Shown here: positions 11,801 to 25,602 of the stretch, piece after piece | How the letters are laid out: each line of letters starts with the position of its first letter | Numbering within the stretch: the stretch's first letter is position 1 | Source of the DNA: Selaginella moellendorffii | Taxonomy: Eukaryota > Plantae > Lycopodiophyta | Assembly (NCBI RefSeq): GCF_000143415.4 | Contig: NW_003314288.1 | Span: forward strand, 270,002 to 334,001 | Direction of reading: 5' to 3' | DNA length: 64,000 nucleotides | The notes under the pieces: model-generated | The model's input: only the letters and a program-made list of their open reading frames with translations | The model's database searches: none | Told to the model about the DNA's origin: nothing | Translations under genes and position numbers: made by a program

Positions 11801-13127
11801 TCCTGTGATCCAGGGAGGCTCGACGTCAATTGTGCAACGGTTTTTTGGCAATATTGGTCTACACAAGATGATAGGCCCTTCGCCCCCGAAAGCTTCTGAT
11901 AATGCTGATATTAATAACCGTCCCGCAACAGCTTCTAGCAGAAGCAGTGTATCACTTGCCTCGTCGGCATCAATGGAACCCATAAGTGATATTACGAGAA
12001 GATCCAACATGCCAGCGAGAAGCATTTCTGAGCCTGACTTTAGGCCTGCACAGGTAACTCGACTTGCTCTTGTGTACCTTCGATTAAGACTTGTATTCTT
12101 TCATCAGATCGTTAGTCCAGCGAAAGGAACGCCAAACAGAGGCGTCTTTACTTCTTTCGTGCAAAGAGCGATGGGCTTCATAAAAACACCTTCGAAGGAG
12201 GTTTGTAGAAGCTTTGGAAAGAGCGCTAGCTGATTGATGGTCGGTATGTGATGCAGGCAAAGCTTGGCGACAGCAACAAGTTTAGATACGACGAGACACT
12301 GAAGCGCTGGGTTGAAGAAGGAGCCGAGGCACAAGCGCCAGAGCTTCCGTTGGCTCCTCCTCCCACGGCAAACAGGCTCGTCTCCCGCGTGGAGGAGAAC
12401 GGCGCTCCTATTTCCATGTCGCCGGAGAGACCACAGCCAACTCCGGAAAGGCCGCAACCGGTTGTGAGTGGAATCCCACCAATGCCTCCAAGCAGTAACC
12501 AGTACGCAGCTCGCGCACGTCAAAACGTTAGATCAAGGTACCGTTTTGGTCATTCCCATCACTCCAGTCTCACGAAGTTTTTGCAGATATGTCGATACAT
12601 TCAACAAAGGTAGCGTAACACCATCCAAGACATCATCGGACTCTCCTCCACTGTTTGGCGTGGTGCCAAAGGCAAGCGCAAAGCCTTTGGCTCCAGCGAG
12701 ATTTTTCGTGCCTGCGGCCGCTGCTGCCGCTGCTCCAGATATCAACAGCAACCATTCGGTGGATCCTTACTCGGCACCGGCCTTTGTCTCCGACACGGCG
12801 TTCTCAAACGGGAATGGAGCATTCGCTCAGCCGGTTGTACAGGATATGAGAAACGATCCGGGGCCAACGCCTGATCATCTCTCGAGCAGCTCTTCGCCAG
12901 CAATGTTCTATTCGAATCACTATCCAGCAGCACCGTCGACCGTCTCGTTGCCGCCACCTCCAGCTCTGGAAGTCACTCCGCCAGTGATGGTCGAGCAGCA
13001 GCAGCAAAACCAACACCAGGAAAGTTCGATTCATCGGCACCACCATCAACAGTCCGGCACAGTGGGATTCGAAGCTGCCAGTTCCTCCGGAGTGTTTGGA
13101 GACGACTTGCAAGAGGTGGAATTGTAA
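8900..13127 (+). CDS. SEC16: COPII scaffold protein SEC16 (MAG5-like), multi-exon
   Basis: Low-complexity Q/G/S/Y N-terminus, then RPPCTVTAFGFGGRL, WGVLKICCQHYG, WQENLAIMAANRT, AHICYLVA, RLCLIGADH..YASPEAIQ/RTEVYE, FQPYKLIYA, AKLGDSNKFRYDETLKRWVEEG, VRSR/YVDTFN and terminal DDLQEVEL*. Confidence 0.93.
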
Positions 13128-13382
13128 ATCACACTCCACAAGTAAGTAGTGTTGCTGGGTGGATTTTGGTAGAGCAGTGTAGCGAAGTAGTAGTCGTGGA
13201 AGGAGGAATTTTTTTTTGGCTGGGGTGATTCTTTGGAGCCACGAGCGAAGCGAGGAAGCTCCTTAAAGTTGCTAGAGAAAGGAAACTCTTTACAGTGTAA
13301 CAAAAAGGCCTTGTGATACCTCGAATAATCTCCCGGATTTAAAATATGGCGCGTGTAGCTCACAAGGCATCGTCTTGGTGGG

Positions 13383-14720
13383 ATGAAACGCTGGTTGTCT
13401 ACGCGCGGTGTGGGCTTTGGAGGAATCGACAAGGATCTTTGATGCTTTGCCGGCCAAGAACATCGCGTCGTGGACGGCGCTCGTGACCGCGTATGCCGAG
13501 AGTGGGCATCCGGGGGAGTTCGATCGAATGGCGGTGTGGGACGTAGTTTCCTCCACTGCGATGGTCAAGGCGCTGGGCGATTGCGGGCGGATTGGATCGA
13601 GCAAGGCAGTGTTTGATGCGATGCCCGAGAGGAACTGCAAGACGTGGGCGACGCTGCTGCGGGGATTTGCTCGCGGCGGAGAGATTGGGCGAGCGAGAGA
13701 AGTGCTGGATATGATGCCCGAGACGAATATGGTAGCGTGGACGATCCTCGTGCAGGGTTTCGCGCAGCGCGGGCGAGTGGGCGATGCGAAGGCCGCGTTT
13801 GATTCCATGCCCGAGAAGAACAGCATCACTCGCGCGGTGATTCTCGTCATGTTTGCGGAGAATGGATTCGTGGAGGAGGCGGAGGATGTCTTCCAGGAAA
13901 TTGTCCACCGAAACGCGATCCTCTAGGGGGCGATGCACTGCTGCTATGCCCAAAATGGGGATTTGATTCAAGCCAAGAGTTTGTTTGATAGGATGCCTGA
14001 GCACAGCGTACTGTCGTGGACGATTATGATCAAGTCATACGCGCGAAACGGTGATGCTGATCAAGGAAAACACTTGTTTGAAGAAATGCCACACAGAGAT
14101 CTTGTTTCATGGAACGCGATAATTGCTGTTTATGCCCAGAGAGGTCGTTTCCGGGCGTTTTCTTTGGTTTGCTGCTGGGATTCCTATTCATGGAACACAA
14201 TTCTAGTGGTATATGCTCTAGATGGAAATATTTGTGATGCTAAGAAAGCGTTCGATGAGATGCCAACTTGGAACTTGGTCTCCTGGAACACGATTCTTGC
14301 AGCATATGCCCAGACCGGGCAGCGACCCAGCTCTTCTGGGCGATGTTTCTTCACGGCTTTGGCCCCGACAAGGCAGCATTTGCCATTGTTTTGATGGCAT
14401 GTAGTTATCTGGGGCTCGTCAAGGAAGCAGTAAGCTACTTCACGGCAATGAGCTTTGACAATGGATTGGATCCTTCGCAAGACCGCTACGCCTGCATTGT
14501 TGATGCTCTCGGACGACTAGGGCGATTGAAAGAGGCCGAGGATGTCCTGGAGAATATGCCTTTGCCAGCAGATGGAGTTGCATGGGCAACGTTTCTTACC
14601 GCGTGCAAAAACCACGGGGAGATGAATCGAGGGATGCATGCTGCGGAATTTACGCCAGTCCAGCCTTGTGAGTGATGCATTGCCTTATGTGATGCTGGAG
14701 AACATCTTCAGAGCAGTTCA
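13383..14720 (+). pseudogene. PLS-E PPR pseudogene, copy A
   Basis: PPR motifs split over ORFs 13408-13926, 13933-14394 and 14268-14675 by a stop and frameshifts; ends in E-domain-like WATFLTACKNHG...PYVMLENIF. Confidence 0.85.
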
Positions 14721-15759
14721 GACTTGATTCTTCACTGTTTTGATGTGTTGACCCAAACATCGATCGTTGATATCCAGCCATTCCGTGAGCCACCCCATCC
14801 CCCATGGATGGAGAGCGGGACGCACAGAGATTGGGCATAGGAGAGTCTTCAGAAATCTATCTGGAGTGTTAAGTGCAGTGGGTTTGCTATAGACAGCAAC
14901 GCAAGATCCAATGCTGCTGTTGTGAATTTGAGCAGCAGCACTGCGCTCCTCCTGCTCCACATCAGTGCCATGCTAGGCGTGGCAATCCAGATTCTCAAGA
15001 CCATGCCGGTGAGAGTCTATCATGAGCTCCTGTTGAAAGTGGGAAGTAGTGGTGTGAAATGCTTGCGTTTGAGGCGCAGGTGGAGATGGGCTCATTGATA
15101 CCTCGTTCCCATTGCCTTCCTTGTATCCTATCTCCCCCGTTGCCTCCCGACATGCTTCATATGTTATCCTCTCTGAGTTCCATATGTTATCCTCTCCGCT
15201 GGGCCTCAGCCCATTCTTGATATTTACGAAGGCTCCATTGGATGTTGATACAGAGAATTAAATTTAAAGACAATTGGCCCACTTGTATGATGGGCTTAAT
15301 CTATGTTGAATGGATTGCTCTTTGCAAAGCATGTATGCAAGGCGATTTTACAAGGAAATTTATCAAATCTTCCGCAAAGTCAATGCCATACCTGTCAAGA
15401 ACCAAATCGTTGGAGAGCTTTAGGAATTAGTATAGGGATATATAGGGATGCATAATGAAGGATAGTTAAGTAATTTGATGATGAGAAGTTTGACATGGCA
15501 CAAGCAGAGTGTGCCTCTCAAGGCATCCAAATCTATGTTCTAGCTCCCATTTGGAAATAAGAAAGATTACAAGTGCCATTCCTATCCCTTCGAAAACAGT
15601 CTTTCTATTCTGCAGGGTGGAGTTTTACATATAATGTTGTTGTCACAAATAATTATAAAGCAAGTATAAGGGAATATTGCTTCTTCAATGGCAACTAGCA
15701 CTTTGTAAAATGTTTTTGGAATATAAGTATATGAAACTTTTCAAAACTATCATGTTGGA
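13383..15759 (+). repeat. Segmental duplication block A (PPR pseudogene plus ~1 kb downstream)
   Basis: Matches 27275-29588 (inverted) and 33533-35750 (direct); cut at ~15759 by the Gypsy integrase. Confidence 0.85.
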
Positions 15760-18700
15760 ATCATCTAACATTTCTAGCATAGCCAATCTTTTCTTGATTG
15801 ATTCTTCTTGATTAATTTGCAGCTGTTCTATAAGCCCAAAGAGCATCATAAACTCTATTATCCCAATCTTTAAGATTGGTTTGTACTATTTTCTTCAGTA
15901 TATTCTTGAGTGTTTTGTTTGTGGATTCGGCTTGGCTGTTGCCTTGTGGATAATATGGTGTAAATTTCTTATGTTTAATGAAGAATTCATCTAGTAAAAT
16001 CTTGATTGTTTCATTGAGGAAATGTGTTCCTCTATCCATTACTATTTCTCGAGGTAATCCATATCTTGTGATAATCATTTCATAAAGAAACTTTGCTGTA
16101 TTCTTTGTTGTCGCTTTCTTGAGTGGTTGGGCTTCTACTCATTTTGTCATATAATCTGTTGCTACCAAAATATATTGATTTCCATTTCTGCTCTTTTGTA
16201 TGGGTCCTACAAAATCTAGGTCCCATCTTTGGAAAGGTTCCATTGCTATAGTTGGATTCAGTTCTTGTGTTTGTTTCTTGGGTGGAAATTGTGTACGCTG
16301 ACAAATATCACAAGTTTGACAAAACTATGAAGTGTCTTTCAATAATGTAGGCCACCATATGCCTGCTTGCAATATTTTCCTTGCTGTAATTTCTTTTGCA
16401 AAATGCCCTCCAGAGCAACTGGCATAGGCTTCTTCTAATAACTCGTGTTTCTCTCCTTGTGAACGTACACATCTTCTTAACATATTATCATGTCAAATTC
16501 TATAGAGTCTTCCTCTGACAACTGAGTATCGTCGTGTCCTCAAGATGAATTATTTCCTTTGATCTTGCGTGGTACATGATGTGGGAACTTTTGTAGTAGT
16601 TAAATAATAAAAGATTTTTTGAAGTGTATTGTGGGTGGTAATCTTAAAAAGATGTGAATCAGGTAAGTCATCGTTGGGGTCTTGTATATTTTCCCCGGTT
16701 GTAATTCTGCTGAGATGATCAACTTATTCATGGTATTTGCCAGGTTTGTGAACTATTTCGAAATTGAATTCCTATAATAACAAAAACCATCTTGCTATTC
16801 ATCCGCTAAAGATGGGTTTATTGAGTAGATGAATCAATGCTTGATGATCAATGAATAATTTTACTTTGTTGGAAAGTAAATAGTGTATAAACTTGGTTAA
16901 GGCATATATCATACCTAAAGCTTCTTTTTCTGTAGTTGTATAATTCATTTTAGATGGAGAAAGTTGTCGACTTGCATAATATAATGGGTGATCACAATGA
17001 TCATCTTTTCTTTGGCAAAGAATTGCTCCTAGAGCATAGCCAGAGGCATCAACTTGTACAAGAAATTCTTGAGTCCAAATTGGTTAGACAAGAATTGGTG
17101 CCTGTGTAAGTTTATCTTTGAGTATCAAGAATGCTTGCTAACATTCTTGAGTCCAGTGATAAAATTTATCTTTCTTGAGTAAATCAGTTAAGGGTTTAGC
17201 GACTTGGAATAGTCTTTGATAAATCTTCTATAGTAACCCATCTTGCCTAGAAAACTTCGCAAACTTTTAAGATCATGAGGTGGTTGCATTTTCATAATGA
17301 CGTCAATTTTAACTTTATCAATTTGAATGCCATGAGTGGAAATAATGTGAGTATTCCTGATTTAACAAGGAAAGTACATTTTTCAGGATTAAGAGCAACT
17401 TGGTTTTGTATACATTTGATAAAACATTTCTTGAGGTATTCAAGGTGTTTGTCTTTAGGTCCAAAAACACTAAAGTCATCCATAAAGACTCGCATGAAAT
17501 CTGTGAGATAATCTTGGAAAGTATTGGTAATGATCTGTTGAAATGTAAATGGGGCATTGGTTAATCCAAATGGCATTCGCATGTATGCGTATGCTCCCCA
17601 TGAACTTATGAAAGTTGTTTTATGTTGATCCTCGACAACTATATGTACTTGATTGTAGCCTGAAAAATGAGTACATCTCATGACCGGTGACGGCATCAAG
17701 TATTTCATCTGAAAATGGGATGGGAAAAACATCTTTTGTAGTTGGATCATTTAACTTTTTGTAGTTCACACAAATGCGTAATTTCCCATTTTTCTTAGAT
17801 ACAATGACTAAAGGTGATATTCATTAGGCATTTTGTATTGAATATATAAATCCTACTTCAAGGAGTTTGTAAATTTCAGCTTTTACTTTTTCAGTGAACA
17901 TTATATTCATCCGATAAGTAGTTTGTTTAATGGGTCGAATTCCTGGAAGTAATTCGATTCGATGTGTACATAAATCAGGTGGTATACCTTTGAGGTCTTT
18001 ATATGACCAAGCAAAGACATCTTTATACTTAGTAAGAAGCACAGTAGCGTCAAGTTTAAAAGGTTTGTCGAGTTGTATAGCTATTAAGACATTTTGTGGA
18101 TTTGAGGGAACCCCTAGATTTAATTCTTCAATATCTTCATTGATATTACGCAAAGTTTGAATTCTTGATTTTCAATGGTGAGAGCTAGTTCATTTTGTAT
18201 ATCTAGGTGATATTTTATAATTTGTAGTTGTTCTGGTTGTATCACTGGTTTTGTTTTTTGTATGGTGGTTTTTGTTGCTTTAAATTCAGTTGTTTTTGAA
18301 TCTTCATAGTCTTGACACTTGGTTACAGGAAGTATCCTGTTGAGGTCAATTTCTTGGATTGCTTTAAGTTCAGGATATGCTTCAAATAATTTAGCTTCTT
18401 CAAGATCGTCTAAGCCTTCTTGCCAATTGTATTCTTGAACTTGTGTTGGTCGGAAACTTCTTGAGATTTTCTTGCTTGTCAATGTTGATATTTTAGTCTG
18501 TCCTTGTTGAGATTGGATACATATCTCATGTTCCATCCAATACTGTGCAAAAACAACTTTGTTAAGCCAAGGTTTGCCTAACAAGATTTTGTAAGAAGAT
18601 TCTTCAATCAACATTTTTAACACAAGAAAGTTAACTTTAAATTTATGTCCTTTGACTGTCATAGAGCCATCACGCATGATGCCTGCTGGTCTGACAACTC

Positions 18701-21700
18701 TTTAATCAACCATGCATACAATGAATGGTGCAGTTTGTATATTGCCGAGTCTTAAAACTTTGCATAGTGCATATTTGATGATATTAACCCCAGAACCTCC
18801 ATCAAGGATAGCTCTTTCAATATGATTTTTGCCGATGTGTACGTTGATACAAGGTACATTATCATCATAATCACCAGGTTGGATTCTTTCAGGTTGTTCT
18901 TGTCGTATTGATTGAGATTAGCATTTTTCTTGTATGCGAGCTTTAGGGATCCTTTGATTACATATCTTTAAGATTTGGTCTTTCATATATGGTGCTATTT
19001 GCAGTATTTGCTGTAGGGTTAAAGTAATTCCCTACTGTAGTATGTGCTCGGCAATGGTTGTATGCTCATCTTGAGTAAAGCTTAATACTTGAGTTTGGTT
19101 GTCTTGATTGTATATTTGATTATTAATAATTTCGGGATCTTTGTTTTGAAGCTCTTATTTAATGGTGTTAAGTATTTTCTTACTCTTTTTCCACTTGGTA
19201 TTCCTGATTTCTAATGCTTGATCACTTTCATCTTGTTCTTCGTTATTATCAGGTTGTTGACATTCATATTGTGTTCTTGTGATTGCCAAAACTTCTAGTT
19301 TTTCAGTCATTAGTTGTTCGTCATCTTCTACATCAACTTTTGGTTGAACTACTTGTGCTGCTGGTGGTCTTCCAGCTGGAGCTTGATTGACTCTTTGGTT
19401 TTGTGGATTGTATTGTTGTCTAGTTTGATTTTCTTGTGGTTGATTTTGTCTTGGTTGATAATTTTGTTGCGATGCTTGATTGTTGTAATTATTATATTGC
19501 CTTTATTGGCTTTGGTTGTAGTTGTTCCCTTGTGGACGTTGATAATTATTTAGTTGTCCATTGTATCGTTGTTGGTTGTAATTGCCTCTAAAATTGTTTT
19601 GTCCTTGACTATAGTTTTGATTTCATGGGGGAATATATCCATGATTATATCCTTGATTATATTGTTGATTCTCTTGGTAATAATAGTTTCTTGGTGGTCT
19701 TTGTTCTTGGTTGTTGTTTCTTTGATAATTTTGCCATAGTGGTCCTCATTGAACATTTTCCACTCTTAAAACTTCGGTAGTATTTCTATATCGACAATTC
19801 TTGGCTATATGTCCTTCCCTATCACAAATTTGACATTTGGGTAAATGGAATTTACAGTCTAAAATAGAATGTCCTTCACTTTTGCATTTTGTACAAAAGA
19901 CTCCTTGTTTAAGTTCAGTTAAAGCCAACTTCTTCAATACATGTCTAATGTCTTTTCCCTGTGTCTGTTTCTTTTTTGTTTTGATTAGTATTTCTTCCTC
20001 TTCATCATCTGAGTTATCATTAGCATGAGAAGATTCACCTTTAATGAATTGCTTAAACTGTTTCTCAAGTTTTAAGATTCCTTGAGACAGTGAATCAACA
20101 CTTTCTTCATTAGGTGTATCAGCTAAGGCTATCATGTTGCAATAGGCTTCTTGTAATCCTTGTATATAAAACAAACTCTTGCTTTTGTCGGTGATGAGAT
20201 CTTTACATTTCTTTGTATGTAATTTGAATTGTCTAGTATAGTCTTAAATTCCTTCCTTTGGTCACTATTTTATATTCTTAATTTGCTCATAATGCTCCTC
20301 CGGTGTTCCTCCGGCTGGGAATTGTTCCTTGAATTGTTCAAGTTTCTATTCATGTGGTACAGAATCCTCTAGTGTATTATACCACTCAAAAGCTTTTCCT
20401 TTAAGTGTGTATGGGAAAAGTATGGCTTGATGCTGTTCTTGATTGTTCATTTTGACAATAATGTTGAATTGTTTTACATGTAATTCTGAATCTTCTGACT
20501 TACTTCCTGTGAAAATTGGATATGTAACCATGCTTCCAATTGTACTCATTGGGTTGATGGTTGCCATAGGTGGTTGTAGACTTTGTTGGTTGAGTTGTTG
20601 TTCTTCTAGATTTGAACAAAACTTTGATGCTGTATATTTTGCTTCTTCAAATGCCTCAAACTCTAAGGCATCTTTGATATTCAATTCTTTGTTATCTTTG
20701 ACTGGGTTGCTCGACTCAGCAACTTGAATTTGTTTATCCTCTTTATCGTACTTATTTAAAATTGTTTCTAAAATTTATTGCTATTGTTGTTCTAATTTCT
20801 TTTTTACTACCTCTTCCTTTTTCACTTCTCCATTCTTTTGTCAAAGATCTCTTTCCCAGATCTTGATTGGGTCTGGTTTCTATTTGTACATTTAGTTTGC
20901 TGAGTTTTCTCAACTTGAATATTAAGGTAAGTTTCTTGAATTTGTGTTTTGCCCGAAGTTATCTTGAGTCAATTGTTGTCCTTCATAGATTGCAAAGTCA
21001 AGCTCTTGTGTCTTGAGTCTTCTGCAAGTTTTGTTTTGTAGTATAAATGCAAAGTCAAGCTCTTGTGTCTTGAGTCTTCAATCAAGTTTTTCTTTCTTGA
21101 TTCTTTCTGAGTTTCGTCCCAAGGTCACTTTCCTGAGTCTAGCTCAGGAAAGGTCTTGTATTTGAAAAATCTAATAGTGTTAGTAAACACGATTTTGTTT
21201 GTTGGAAGGAGGTTTGTTTTGTCATAAATTGATCGATTTAGCTATTTGCTAGTAAATTTGGATACTGCTCGCCAACTTTGGGATCGAGCAAGTATGCAAA
21301 CGATTGCAATTCTCTTTAGTAGTCCAATCTTGAAAAATTGTTTTGATCTCTTACAATGTATTGGTTGTTTTGGAATGCAAGCTCTCACTATGAGCTTTTG
21401 TGTTTCCCAGTCGTTGGTAAGATTTGAAAATGCTGAATATAATGGTGGTTGTATTTTTAATTTCCTAATTCTTGTATGTTTCTTGTCTCAAGTGACGTCC
21501 ATACGTCAAAGTATGGTTTTCAACAGATTCTTGTTGCTTTAAGCCTATGTGTGCGCAAATCTATCCAGCGTGCTCGATTTTGTGATGGTGCATTTCCCTG
21601 ATATCATACTTGCCGGTTTTGTTCTACTTCCCTCTATCGTATAGCACATTCTCTTTCACAATTAGAGTCGATCGCTTTGAGAACTTCCCAAGGTATAGTC

Positions 21701-23267
21701 TCAATTAATATTCTTGCATTATAAGTTTGTAATCTTGACACAAGATCTCCTAAAATACTCCTTAAAATGTTGAGATTTCTTGGACGCACTCTTCCTTGTT
21801 AGTTGCGAGTGATATATATTTCAACGTTGGACCTCAATGTCAAAGTTGAAGTTTATTACTGTATTTAATCTTGGCCCATTGTGATTCTGTCTTAAATTTC
21901 TCCTCCTTTGATTCGTAATCCTTGAACTTTAAAGACATTCCCTTGAACTTGACTCAAGTTCAGGTCCCCGTCAGTTTCTTGAACTCAAATTCCCAATTCG
22001 AATTTGTTGATTGCCCTGTTCTTGATTTCTTAATTCTCCAACTATTCTCATCCGTTCTAAATGATGCCAATATGCTATAGTGTATAGTTCATTAAGAGTG
22101 CTTGCTAGTAGCATTACACCCAGAGGACTTTGAAGAAGTCGGTAAAGTAATTTTGCATTCTCTTCAAAACCTCTAAATCTAAGTGTGTCAACAAATCAAT
22201 GAATTTGTGGTTCAAAGGTTTCACACTGCTATAACTCTTGTTAAATCAATGTTGAAAACAAGTGTTAATAGTTGAAAAGTTTCATGTTTATGTATGCCTA
22301 AGAATTCGATATTTGTTTGTTGAAAGAAGTGTCCACGATTCACCCAAATCAAGGTTCTTCGAGTTGCAAAGAAATCGAAGTAAACATATTTTTCTTTCAA
22401 CATTTCCTCATTTTTGCATTCTTCCTATTTGCTAGACAATTTGTAAAAGAGTCACAAAAGTGTTTCTTGGAGTTTTAGAAAGCAACTGAAGCTTTTTTTC
22501 TCTCCTTTTTCTAAACTTTCATCACTCTTTTTGACGTTGTTTTCTTGGGCTATTTTTTCTCGTTTCTTTCTCTCTGCCGCTGTGGCATTTTCATCCCTGA
22601 GTCGGAGTCTTGCTTTTGCTTGCTTGCAAGTGTCGTATTGCCATTTTGGATAGCATTGTTTGTATGATTTTGCACAATTTCTGAAACCACACAAAAGGCA
22701 ATCCTTGTATCTTGTACAGCTTATGTCTCCAAATGGGCAATTGTGCTCTTTCATTCTTCCTCCATCTCCAGCCACTAGAATTTTTCTTTCGTTGTTTCTT
22801 TGTTGCAAATTCTTGATATATTCGTTTTCTTCAATCTCTCGCTAAAAACGATTATGCTCACACTCTAAGTTTTCCATGACTTGGGTGGCTTCAATCTTCA
22901 AGTGTTCTTCATGTTTTCATGCTTGTTAGCACTTGCTTGCTCTAATTTCTTGTCAGAGATTCTTCAAATATTCTGATCTATAGAATATTCTTCATCTTCA
23001 ACCTCTCACCAACAGGCGGTTATGGAAGATGCTTGGACTTTTTAAGAAGTGGGCGATCACTAGATGATTGTAGTTTTCAAGCATTTAGTCTCTAGCATGA
23101 TTGCCATGCTTCTTGCTGTAAGTTTTTGTCGTCTTTTTTGTTTTGTTTTCTTCTTTTTATTTTTATTTTTTTTTTAATTTTTCCCTTGATTCTTGACTTC
23201 GGCTTCTTCTTTTAGTTGTGGCCAAGGCTTCCAATCTTTGTTCTTTAGGTACTCCTCACTTCTCCTA

Positions 23268-23284
23268 TCCCACCGTAGTTGCCA
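23268..23284 (-). other. Primer-binding site (tRNA-Arg-like, degenerate)
   Basis: Minus strand TGGCAACTACGGTGGGA directly inside the LTR end (...TTCTTCA TTT TGG...). Confidence 0.55.
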
Positions 23285-23287
23285 AAA

Positions 23288-23712
23288 TGAAGAACTACAA
23301 AATCACCTCTACAATGATCTTGTGAATCCTCTCTAATCTAAACTAGATCCAAACATAAAAAGGAAAGAAATACTTAGCCATGTGTTGTTACAAAGATGTT
23401 TATGCTAAGATTAATTTACATCTCACAGCCTTAATCCCCAAAAGGCAATAAGTAAGATAGGCATGGAAGAAAAGAGTGTATGTTATTATGGCCAAGGATA
23501 TAAAAGACAAAAAGGGGATAAGTCTGGAGTGTTATCACCAGCCTATATAACCACTATATGCCCAGTCATCCAAGTTAGGAATTTAAACCAGGAGAAATTC
23601 TGATCTCAATTCCTAACTCAGGAAATGCCTTGTGCCTAAATTAGGATGCAAAATGCATGTACCTCTAGAGGCTTGAAGCTACTCTTTACCAACAATTGGT
23701 GCTAGTGTAACA
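23288..23712 (-). repeat. 5' LTR of the Gypsy element
   Basis: TG...CA termini (minus strand TGTTACAC...TTCTTCA) next to the PBS; no partner LTR in the window. Confidence 0.6.
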
Positions 23713-23749
23713 TCACATGTACTTGGTAGTAGTTGGGAGTTGGTTGCAT

Positions 23750-24845
23750 TTGAACTTCTTTCGAAAGGGAGATTTCTATATCAAACCAAGGTCTCTTCAT
23801 TGGTTTCGTCATTGGGTGGATGAGGTTGGAATGCAAGATCTAACAAAGTGGAAAGAGTTCTTCAGAGTTTTTGAGGAGTAGTTTATGACAATTTGTGAAC
23901 TTGTTGCTCTGTTAATGCAAATAATATTGCCTCCAAATTTGAAGAACATTCCATCTAGATATGTTCTTGTTGGTAAACAAGTTGCCATTACTTTACGGAG
24001 ATTAGGTTTAGGTGATTCTTTTGCTAGATTGACAGAGCATTTTGGTGTTTCTAAAGCAATAGTCTGGAAGTATTGTTAGAAGTTCTCTGACTCAACATTC
24101 CAGCATCTAGGATAATTTCTTTTGTGGCCTGTAGATCTGTCAGTAGTCAAAATAGGTTTTGAGAGTTTTTGTGGCTTCTTGAATTGCTATGGTGCAATTG
24201 ACTACACACATTTCGAAGTTGAACTTCCTAAAAACACTTTTGTAAGTAATTATTACAACAAGGACAAGGATAACTCAATTGTCATGCAAGCAATCATTGA
24301 TAGTGAAGCAAGGTTTTTGGATATTTGAGTTGGAGATCCTGGGAGTTGCAATGACATAACTATTTTGAGGAAGAGTTCATTCTACAAAAGAGCTCAATTA
24401 AATGAGATTCTTAACTTACCAATAGTCTCAAGAGGCCAATACCAGTTTTGGGAGTATATCATTGGAGACTCGGGATACTACGAGCTTCTGTGGTTAGACC
24501 ATTTCCAAGTGCAAATGGAACTAAATTGAGGGAAGCATTCAACTTTTAATTGTCGTCTTTGAGGATGGTATGTGAGAGAAGTTTTGGATTGCTTAAAGGT
24601 CATTAGAGGATGTTTAGGAAGTTGGTTAAAGTTTAGACCATCACTCAGCTAACAGTTGCCATAAAAATAGCTTGCATTCTACATAACTTCATTATTAGTA
24701 TAGATGACATAGGGGAAATAGATATTGAGCTTGAGCCAGTGACTAATCAAACACAAGGCTAGCGACCGGAGCCTCATATCACTGCTACAAAGCTTAGAAA
24801 CATTCTCATTACTTATGTAGTAGACTTAAACAAATCCACTTGAAG
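23750..24845 (+). mobile_element. PIF/Harbinger transposase pseudogene (DDE_Tnp_4-like)
   Basis: QVAITLRRLG.G, CYGAIDYTHF, YYNKDKDNSIVMQAIID, IGDSGY, ACILHNF; several stops. Confidence 0.88.
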
Positions 24846-25602
24846 CTCACAAATTTATTTATTTTAGCGTGCTCACAAACTCAAATTTTGTTTTATTTTT
24901 CAGGGTTTTAAGTAAGAGATTTCAGTACAAGGCTTGAACGCAGGCACAGCAGGGAACCTGGCTGAGAGCATAGAAAGGGGGGCTTGCTGCCAGTGTTGGT
25001 CTGATTCTAACATTCAGGTTCATTTCAGTTCTTCTCATAGGGAAGGTTTTAAAATGATTAAATGATTGCTTGTTGAGTCGTCTGGCAACAAGAGGAAGAG
25101 GGAAGAAAATGATTTGGAATGGCACTGCAGAAGATGCTTGGAAATGCAGCTTGATGTTGGTGACGCAAGGGAATGCAACTTGAGGCCATTGAAGCTGTTC
25201 TATCACTAGAAGTTGGGATCCTACTTGGTCTCCCAACTGTCAAGACCCCCAACAAGATCAAGACTGGAAAATGCTAAAGACAAAGAGAAAAAGCTAGTGA
25301 AAACAAAGAAGAGGCCTTAGACTGGTGTTGATTCAGATTGTGGAGAAATGGAACAAGGCTAACCTATATATACTATAGGTTGATGAAGCTCCACCACTCT
25401 TGAATCGAGGACGGCCTAAATATAGCTGAGGTCGAGGAGGCGCCACATCATCATCAGGGAAGTGTCTCGAGAGTCAGGAATAGGGAAGTGTCTCGAGAGT
25501 CAGGAATGTGGTTTGCAGGTCAGGAATCCGGCGAGAGTCAAGAATGTGGCAAGAATTGGGGGATTCCTGACACCAACAAATTCTTCAAAATTCCCAATGA
25601 AT

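Larger units (their letters stand above)
15760..23712 (-). mobile_element. Decayed non-chromovirus Ty3/Gypsy LTR retrotransposon (Athila/Tat/Ogre-like), 3' truncated
   Basis: Gag (FPYTLKGKAFEWY), two CCHC knuckles (CTKCKSEGHSILDC, CQICDREGHIAKNC), protease ILDGGSGVN (~18800), RT (DVFAWSYKDLKGI, MPFGLTNAP, VFMDDFSV), RNase H, integrase (DRGTHF, PYYPQGNSQAE, ALWAYRTA); many stops. Confidence 0.92.

Noticed and set aside
15242-15430. 62-aa ORF MLIQRIKF... recurring at 28143-28331 and partly near 34700
   Set aside because: Recurrence is explained by the segmental duplication; copy C is frameshifted and no domain is recognisable
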